Shown in pieces: positions 58,478-64,000 of a stretch of 64,000 nucleotides of DNA. The stretch covers positions 3,928 to 67,927 of the forward strand of contig JBMORM010000017.1 of assembly GCA_049322675.1 (NCBI GenBank), given 5' to 3'. Positions within the stretch are counted from its first letter, which is position 1, and every line of letters starts with the position of its first letter. This DNA is from Patescibacteria group bacterium. GTDB taxonomy: Bacteria > Patescibacteriota > JAHJAL01. A program made the translations under genes and the position numbers. The notes beneath the pieces are model-generated. The model searched no databases. It was not told the origin of the DNA and saw only the letters and a program-made list of their open reading frames with translations.

Positions 58478-59062
58478 GTGCTATGCTTTTTTCCCGATTA
58501 TGTGTTATATTTAATACTAGTAGAAAGGATTTTCAAAAAGAGTATGGAGCAAAATATGAAGAAAACGAACAAAGGATTTGTCATCCATGTTGAGGGTGAA
58601 GGATCTGATGAGATGTTAAATAAATTGATTTCATTGAAGAGACATTGGAATTGGGCTGATAAATTGAAAGATCAATATTATTTGTATCATAGCCAGGAAG
58701 AGAGAAATATTGGTTTGAAAAAAGCCGATTTGTTTAGACGTGATTCGGCTATGTTTTTAATTTTATATTTTTCGGTAGTAAGTCAGATATTAAAGTCGTT
58801 TGAAGAAGAACCAAAAATTACTATGTCGGTTGAATTGAAGGATTTGAAAGAAAAATTATCATTTAATATGCCGAAGGTTGGTGATGCTTTTTGTTTTCCT
58901 GGTCGTCGGATTTTTAATGAAAAGATGATTGAAGAGTTATTAAAAGAATTCAACATCAACTCGGTGAATATGCTGCATGTAAGTATTGGATATTTTTTGG
59001 ATAAGAAGATTCAGGAGTTGCGCAATAAAGACTTTTTTCCGTACGCGATGAATAAGATGTAG
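58478..59062 (+). CDS. Hypothetical protein (likely real start at MEQNMKK, 58544)
   Basis: ORF only. Confidence 0.35.
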   Translation: MLCFFPDYVLYLILVERIFKKSMEQNMKKTNKGFVIHVEGEGSDEMLNKLISLKRHWNWADKLKDQYYLYHSQEERNIGLKKADLFRRDSAMFLILYFSVVSQILKSFEEEPKITMSVELKDLKEKLSFNMPKVGDAFCFPGRRIFNEKMIEELLKEFNINSVNMLHVSIGYFLDKKIQELRNKDFFPYAMNKM

Positions 59063-59086
59063 ATTTTGAAAAGTTAAAGCATTATA

Positions 59087-59112
59087 AGCCCGAGTTTATC
59101 TCGGGTTTTTTT
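59087..59112 (+). terminator. Intrinsic terminator (cccgag-tttat-ctcggg + TTTTTTT)
   Basis: Direct reading. Confidence 0.75.
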
Positions 59113-59198
59113 CTGTCTGGATTCTCTTGTAAATATTAAAATGATATGTTATAATATTAGGATTTTAGAAAAACAGGGGAAAGTATGAATCAGAGAGA

Positions 59199-60065
59199 AT
59201 GAAACAGATTAATTTTAAAGCAAAATTGGGTTATTTTGGTCGTCAAATAGAGATGGAACGAGTCTTGATACTTGATTTGTGGAGATTTTTTATTGTAGTG
59301 ACTGTTTTGGTGTTATTGGGAATGGTTTTTAGATTTGAAGAAAATAAAATATTTGACAGTCAGGTTTCGAATCAATTATCTAGACGGATTGAACAAAAAA
59401 TCCATCAAATAATTGTCAATGAAGGGCAGTATTTTTCTTCTTATAAGACGGATTCCAGGTGGGATTATGTTTTAAAAAATTTCCCTGAGATGGCTTATGA
59501 ACCTTTTGTTGGGTTGGGTCGTTTGGATGAAACGAAAAATGGTTTTTTTGGTGATTTTGATTTTAAAACTTTTGAGACTTTTTTGCCGAAAAGTTATCGA
59601 GATTCGTTGTATTTTTCCAAGGGCGACTCAGTGTTGTTGATAGAACCGATGGGGATTAATGAAGAAAAAAATGAGCCGGATATAGTCAAGGAAAGATTGA
59701 TTTATGATGATATTTATCCTGGGGTATTGGTAGTCAGGATGTTCAATAGTCTTGGCATTAAAGATTATTTCATTATTAAAGAGGAAAATTCTGTTAGAGA
59801 GATTGATTTTAAGTTAAATTACAATGGAGGTCGGATTGAAAAAGAACCAAATGGGACAGTGGCTTTTTTTGATGAGTCGGGTGAAGCTAAGTTTGTGATT
59901 AGTAAGTTGATTGGCGTTGACTCATCGGGAAAAAGAATAGATGATAAACTTGAATACAGGTTGGAAGATAATATTCTTAAAATTATTCTAAATATTGAAG
60001 ATTCTGATATGAATTATCCTTTGATGGTCGATCCTTTTGTGTATTTCGGGGGGTCAGATGACTAA
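59199..60065 (+). CDS. Hypothetical membrane-anchored protein (N-terminal TM, extracytoplasmic domain)
   Basis: TM helix FFIVVTVLVLLGMVF; overlaps the next gene by 29 nt. Confidence 0.4.
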   Translation: MKQINFKAKLGYFGRQIEMERVLILDLWRFFIVVTVLVLLGMVFRFEENKIFDSQVSNQLSRRIEQKIHQIIVNEGQYFSSYKTDSRWDYVLKNFPEMAYEPFVGLGRLDETKNGFFGDFDFKTFETFLPKSYRDSLYFSKGDSVLLIEPMGINEEKNEPDIVKERLIYDDIYPGVLVVRMFNSLGIKDYFIIKEENSVREIDFKLNYNGGRIEKEPNGTVAFFDESGEAKFVISKLIGVDSSGKRIDDKLEYRLEDNILKIILNIEDSDMNYPLMVDPFVYFGGSDD

Positions 60066-61110
60066 GCTGCTTAATAAAGTATTGATGGTTGCGGTTTTGA
60101 TACTCTTAAATATTTTTGGTGTTCAAACTTTGGTTTTGGCGTCTGATTTTAAAGATGAATTGTCCAATTCTATGTTTGCTGAAAATAGCGTGCATAGGTT
60201 AAGTTTTGTTTTGGATAATACTTCGATAGTGACTGATGGTAGTATGAAGATAAGTTTTGATGATGATTTTGATCTTTCAGCAATAACTTCTGGAGATGTT
60301 GCAATAAGTGGTGGAGATGTGATTTGGGGTGGAAAGTTGATTAATCCAGGAGCACGAACGATAGTGGTTCAATTTGCTGGAGATTTAAATAGTGTGGATG
60401 GAGAAATTGTAGTAGAGATTGGTAATATGAATTTCGTTACAAATCCTTTTTCTGTTGGTAATTTTGAAGTAGGTTATGGTTTGTATAATTCACTGGATGG
60501 CACTGGTTTGGAAGTAACTGGAAGTGTAACAAAAGTTCATATTGATGAGGGGATACAAGTTAGTGCCTCGGTTTCAGAGATTTTGGTTTTTAATGTTTCT
60601 GGTGTTGGAACAGGTGAGACGGTTAATGGTTTTCTTACTAATACGTCTTCATCTTCAAATATGATTGATTTTGGAACAATGTTTGGTGCAGGAAATAAGA
60701 TTGCTGCTCATGATCTGTCGGTATTAACAAATGCCCCTTTTGGTTATGTAGTCGAGATGATCAGTAATCATAAGTTGGAGAGTGGGTCCAATTTTGTATC
60801 TGATTTTGTAGGAACGAATGTCTCTCCTGTTAATTGGATAGCGCCGAGTGGAGGCATAGAAGGTTATTTTGGATATACTACGGATGATTTGACATTGGGA
60901 AATATACCCGCCAATCGGTTTTCGGGGGGTAAATGGGCAGGTTTTTCGTCAGCGGTGGGTTATGAGATAATGCATCACAATGGTCCAGCTGATGGCGCGA
61001 CGACAAACGAAGGAAAAAATAGAGTTGGTTATCGTTTACAAATATCGGATTTTCAACCTTCCGGAGTTTATGGTATGACGGTCACCTATGTGTGTGTACC
61101 TTCGTTTTAG
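60037..61110 (+). CDS. Secreted beta-rich G/S/T/V-rich protein (signal peptide); possibly TasA/camelysin-like fibre or surface protein
   Basis: Signal VLMVAVLILLNIFGVQTLVLASD then a composition typical of secreted beta-sandwich fibre proteins; family assignment is a guess. Confidence 0.35.
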   Translation: MCISGGQMTKLLNKVLMVAVLILLNIFGVQTLVLASDFKDELSNSMFAENSVHRLSFVLDNTSIVTDGSMKISFDDDFDLSAITSGDVAISGGDVIWGGKLINPGARTIVVQFAGDLNSVDGEIVVEIGNMNFVTNPFSVGNFEVGYGLYNSLDGTGLEVTGSVTKVHIDEGIQVSASVSEILVFNVSGVGTGETVNGFLTNTSSSSNMIDFGTMFGAGNKIAAHDLSVLTNAPFGYVVEMISNHKLESGSNFVSDFVGTNVSPVNWIAPSGGIEGYFGYTTDDLTLGNIPANRFSGGKWAGFSSAVGYEIMHHNGPADGATTNEGKNRVGYRLQISDFQPSGVYGMTVTYVCVPSF

Positions 61111-62042
61111 GAGAGAAGGATTTTTTTTAAATCGTTTATTTGCTGTTTGATTTTTTTTGGGTTAGAGATAATTTGATGTGTTGTTTGTAGAATAGGTAAT
61201 TTAGTTTTTGTTTTATTGGCAAGTAATAAGATTGGTTTAATATTCAACTCACCTTCAACGGTGATTTTTTGATGGTGTTGCAATCTGTTACCAAATTGGA
61301 AGTTTCGACTTTTGGGGTTATAGCTAGTAGCAATTAAATCTCCAAGAAAAGAAATATTATATATCTCTTTCCAGTCTAGGTTATTTTTTAGGTAGAAATC
61401 TTTTGTTTCTTGAAGTATTTTGTCTAAACAAAGAGATTTTGTGTTCATACCGAGAGAAGCGTGATGCAATATTCCAAAACAGATGGCGTAGCAATTTTTC
61501 AGAATTCCTCCAAATTCGCTTTCCAGAACATGATTGGTAATTATTGGATTGAAATTTTTGGTAGCAAAGAATTGTTGTACTTCTTTGGCGGTTTTTAATT
61601 GATTTGAAGCGATAATGACAGAGGTTGGTTCGTCATTTATTATTTCGTGTGAAAAAGTGGGACCAGAAAAAACGGCAAAATTTTTTGGTGATAGCCAGGG
61701 GGTTACTTTTTGGCTGATTGTATATTGGGAATTTTGATAAAATCCTTTACTGACACTGATTATTTTTTGTTGATTGTATATTGGCTGTAGAGTTTGATAA
61801 AAAATGTCAATTATTGCACTTGGAAGACATGGGATTAGATATTGGGATTTTTTTATTACATCTGACATTGACGGCAGAGGAATAATATTTTTTTTATGTT
61901 GTATTTTTTTATTTTGCAGTAATTTATCTATATTATTCTGATTTACGTCATAAATATAGATTTGATGGTTGTTTTTGTTAATAAGGTAAGCTAAAGCGGT
62001 ACCGAGTGATCCCGTACCGATGATTCCTATCTTTTTTTTCAT
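61107..62042 (-). CDS. gpsA: NAD(P)H-dependent glycerol-3-phosphate dehydrogenase
   Basis: Rossmann KIGIIGTGSLGTALA at the probable start (62042), FSGPTFSHEI substrate region; the longer ORF-track start (62087) would overlap the tRNA. Confidence 0.65.
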   Translation of the reverse strand: MKKKIGIIGTGSLGTALAYLINKNNHQIYIYDVNQNNIDKLLQNKKIQHKKNIIPLPSMSDVIKKSQYLIPCLPSAIIDIFYQTLQPIYNQQKIISVSKGFYQNSQYTISQKVTPWLSPKNFAVFSGPTFSHEIINDEPTSVIIASNQLKTAKEVQQFFATKNFNPIITNHVLESEFGGILKNCYAICFGILHHASLGMNTKSLCLDKILQETKDFYLKNNLDWKEIYNISFLGDLIATSYNPKSRNFQFGNRLQHHQKITVEGELNIKPILLLANKTKTKLPILQTTHQIISNPKKIKQQINDLKKILLS

Positions 62043-62060
62043 AATAATTCTTAAAATAAA

Positions 62061-62135
62061 CGTCCCCCGAAGGATTCGAACCCTCAACCTCTTGGTCCGA
62101 AGCCAAGCGCTCTATCCAGTTGAGCTAGGGAGACT
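62061..62135 (-). tRNA. tRNA-Arg (anticodon TCG)
   Basis: Reverse complement: GTCTCCC acceptor, GCTCAACTGGATAGAGC D-arm, loop CTTCGGA, T-arm GGTTCGAATCC. Confidence 0.7.
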
Positions 62136-62202
62136 CGTCGGAGTCGTTCTTATCGTTTCACGAGAGCCCTAAATCGGTCTCTCGTTTCACTATCAGAACG
62201 TC

Positions 62203-62250
62203 TCCTTCTCTTCCAAAAAATTTCTTCGACAATTTTTTGGAAGAGGGATA
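62203..62250. repeat. Second copy of the palindromic hairpin element (tctcttccaaaaaattt-cttcgac-aattttttggaagaggga) next to tRNA-Arg
   Basis: Near-identical to 8251-8290. Confidence 0.7.
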
Positions 62251-62533
62251 TCGGATGGATTGTTAAGTAATTTAATTCTCGGGTATTATAATTATAAAGG
62301 ATTATGTAAATGGAAAAAAGGGGTTTTGGGTATAAAAAACCGACCCAGGTCTTTTGAGGCTACAACTTTGATTCAAGATGGCGTGAGCCGAATTGTCAAA
62401 GATTGTAGTTGGTCCCCAGCGGCACGAGGTCAGTATTTTTTTGTAAAACTTGTTTACGTTACTAATCTATCACATTTATTATTATTTGTCAATAGTATTT
62501 GTGTCAATATTGTTTATTATATTTTATTTTCCT

Positions 62534-64000
62534 ATGTCAATTTCTTCAAATTTAAAAGCTAAATTGAAAATTCTACCCGAATCGAGTGGGGTATATGTAA
62601 TGGTTGATAACAAAAATACTGTTATATATGTTGGAAAGGCAAAGATATTGAAAAATAGAGTAAAAAGTTATTTCAATCGCAAAATTGAAGATAAAAAAGT
62701 AAAACAGTTGCTAAAAAATATCACTGATTTGAGCTGGATCGAAACTGAAAACGAAATGGAAGCGCTGATGCTGGAGACAAATTTGATCAAAAAATATCGC
62801 CCAAAATACAATATTTTAATGAAGGATGATAAAAATTATATTTATTTGAAAGTTACCAATGATGAATATCCGAGGGTTTTGTTGGTTAGAAAAATATTTA
62901 AAGACGGAAGCAAATATTTTGGTCCGTATACAGACAAATATGAAGTGCAAGAATTGTTGAAGATGCTAAACAGATTGTTTCCATTTTTTACTTATGCTAA
63001 TCAAAGTGGTGTTGCTCCCATGAATAGTCGAGCAGGAAAGGAACTTTTTTATAAACGAGCCAAGACCGTTTGGGGAGATATTACGCAAGTAGATATTTAT
63101 CAACATATGATATCTGATTTTGTGGCGTTTATGCGAGGCAAAAGTCAGGCGGTTGAAGAATTTTTTGTTATGGAGATGAATAAAGCTTCAGTAGAAAAGG
63201 ATTTTGAAATGGCGGCTTGGATTAGAGATAGAATCGCTCAATTAAGAAAAATGATGGTAAGACAAATAGTGATTATTCCCAGGCCTGAGAACATTGATGT
63301 TGTTAATTACGCGGAAAAAGAAGGGAGAGGTTTTGTTTGCATTTTGATAGTCAGGTTTGGTAAGTTGGTGGATATAAAATATTTTGAGATTATTAATCAT
63401 GCCGATAAGAGTGTTTCGGATGTAATTCAAAAGTTATTATTGGATTATTATGTGTTGACACTTGATTTTCCGGAGAAAATATATTGTGTTGAAAATTTAC
63501 CTGACCATGATTTGGTGGAAAAATTTTTGATAAATAGAACAAAAAGACGAATCAAAATTAAATATCCAAAGCGAGGAGCGGGGTTAAGATTATTGAATTT
63601 AGCTGGAAGAAACGCTAGATCGGAGGTTAATCGAAGAACAATATTGACTGATTATGCTCGGAATAATAGCGTGGGATTAAGAAGTCTTTTAGAGTCTGTG
63701 GTGGGAGATAAAAAAGCAGAGAAGTGGTGGAATGAAATTATTAGAGATAAAATTTTTCGTATTGAGGCTTTTGATATCTCAAATTTGGGAGAAAAAGGAG
63801 TTGTAGGAGCTTTGGTAGTTTGGGAAATAAAACCTAAGTTACTTAAAGAAAAACGTGCGGAAAAAATAGAAAATTGGTCTGGTGATTTTAATAAAAGTTG
63901 TTATAAAAGGTTTAAGATTAAATCTTTTGTTGGGCAAAATGATTTTTTATCTTTACGGGAGGTGTTTGGTCGGAGATTTGCTCGAAGAAACGATGGATGG
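62534..64000 (+). CDS. uvrC: Excinuclease ABC subunit C (UvrC), 5' part; runs off the window end
   Basis: GIY-YIG N-terminus LPESSGVYVMVDNKNTVIYVGKAKILKNRVKSYF, YNILMKDDKNYIYLKV; frame open to position 64000. Absent from the ORF track because no stop falls inside the window. Confidence 0.85.
   Translation, partial: MSISSNLKAKLKILPESSGVYVMVDNKNTVIYVGKAKILKNRVKSYFNRKIEDKKVKQLLKNITDLSWIETENEMEALMLETNLIKKYRPKYNILMKDDKNYIYLKVTNDEYPRVLLVRKIFKDGSKYFGPYTDKYEVQELLKMLNRLFPFFTYANQSGVAPMNSRAGKELFYKRAKTVWGDITQVDIYQHMISDFVAFMRGKSQAVEEFFVMEMNKASVEKDFEMAAWIRDRIAQLRKMMVRQIVIIPRPENIDVVNYAEKEGRGFVCILIVRFGKLVDIKYFEIINHADKSVSDVIQKLLLDYYVLTLDFPEKIYCVENLPDHDLVEKFLINRTKRRIKIKYPKRGAGLRLLNLAGRNARSEVNRRTILTDYARNNSVGLRSLLESVVGDKKAEKWWNEIIRDKIFRIEAFDISNLGEKGVVGALVVWEIKPKLLKEKRAEKIENWSGDFNKSCYKRFKIKSFVGQNDFLSLREVFGRRFARRNDGW

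Noticed and set aside
60900-61110. WxL-domain assignment for the C-terminus of 60037-61110
   Set aside because: The C-terminal GVYGMTVTYVCVPSF is only superficially like the G-x-Y-x-G-x-L-T-W-x-L motif; there is no tryptophan in the expected positions.
62043-62087. Longer gpsA start (MRVRILRGTFILRII...) from the ORF track
   Set aside because: Would overlap the tRNA-Arg(TCG) gene. The Rossmann GxGxxG motif begins right after the internal Met at 62042.
62260-62562. 100-aa plus-strand ORF upstream of uvrC
   Set aside because: No SD, low-complexity AT-rich translation, and it overlaps the uvrC start in another frame; the region is better read as noncoding.

Overview
AT-rich, gene-dense bacterial chromosomal window with genes on both strands and TGA/TAA/TAG all used as stops (standard code). 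The many small membrane proteins, frequent 1-4 nt gene overlaps and H+-PPase suggest a small-genome, possibly CPR/Patescibacteria-like organism; that is inference only. Contents from start to end:

- 177-7146: a Cthe_2159-like beta-helix carbohydrate-binding surface protein, a CYTH/class IV adenylate cyclase-like protein, a BASS-family transporter, an LD-carboxypeptidase and a GH1 beta-glucosidase.
- 8.3-10.8 kb: three tandem paralogous small membrane-protein genes, joined by a conserved ~30 nt junction motif, immediately followed by a radical-SAM/SPASM enzyme. This is my best candidate for an undescribed peptide-modification system.
- 11.3-21.5 kb: a surface-glycan locus with three O-antigen-ligase-like proteins, a Wzx flippase, GT2, NUDIX and two GT4 genes.
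- A MITE-like TTCCAATTTTCAA repeat family is concentrated at 7-19 kb. Some copies are inserted in-frame inside coding genes, and two palindromic variants sit immediately upstream of gene starts.
- H+-translocating pyrophosphatase, a VanW protein, a PMM/PGM-type mutase, UppS, comEC (split at an A7 run) and a CIRCE-controlled hrcA-grpE-hsp20-dnaK-lipoprotein-dnaJ operon.
- A large Cys-rich gene broken by a single in-frame TAA.
- A subtilisin (S8) and two other secreted proteins sharing a tandem Ig-like repeat domain, lepA, a PRC-barrel protein, a XerC/D-type recombinase, a processive GT2 synthase, rarA, a second S66 peptidase, an amidase_2 lysin, an NlpC/P60 lipoprotein, gpsA, and partial uvrC running off the 3' end.
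- Thirteen tRNAs, including a tight Pro-Ala-Val-Arg cluster. Two tRNA-Arg loci are flanked by copies of the same ~45 nt palindromic hairpin element.
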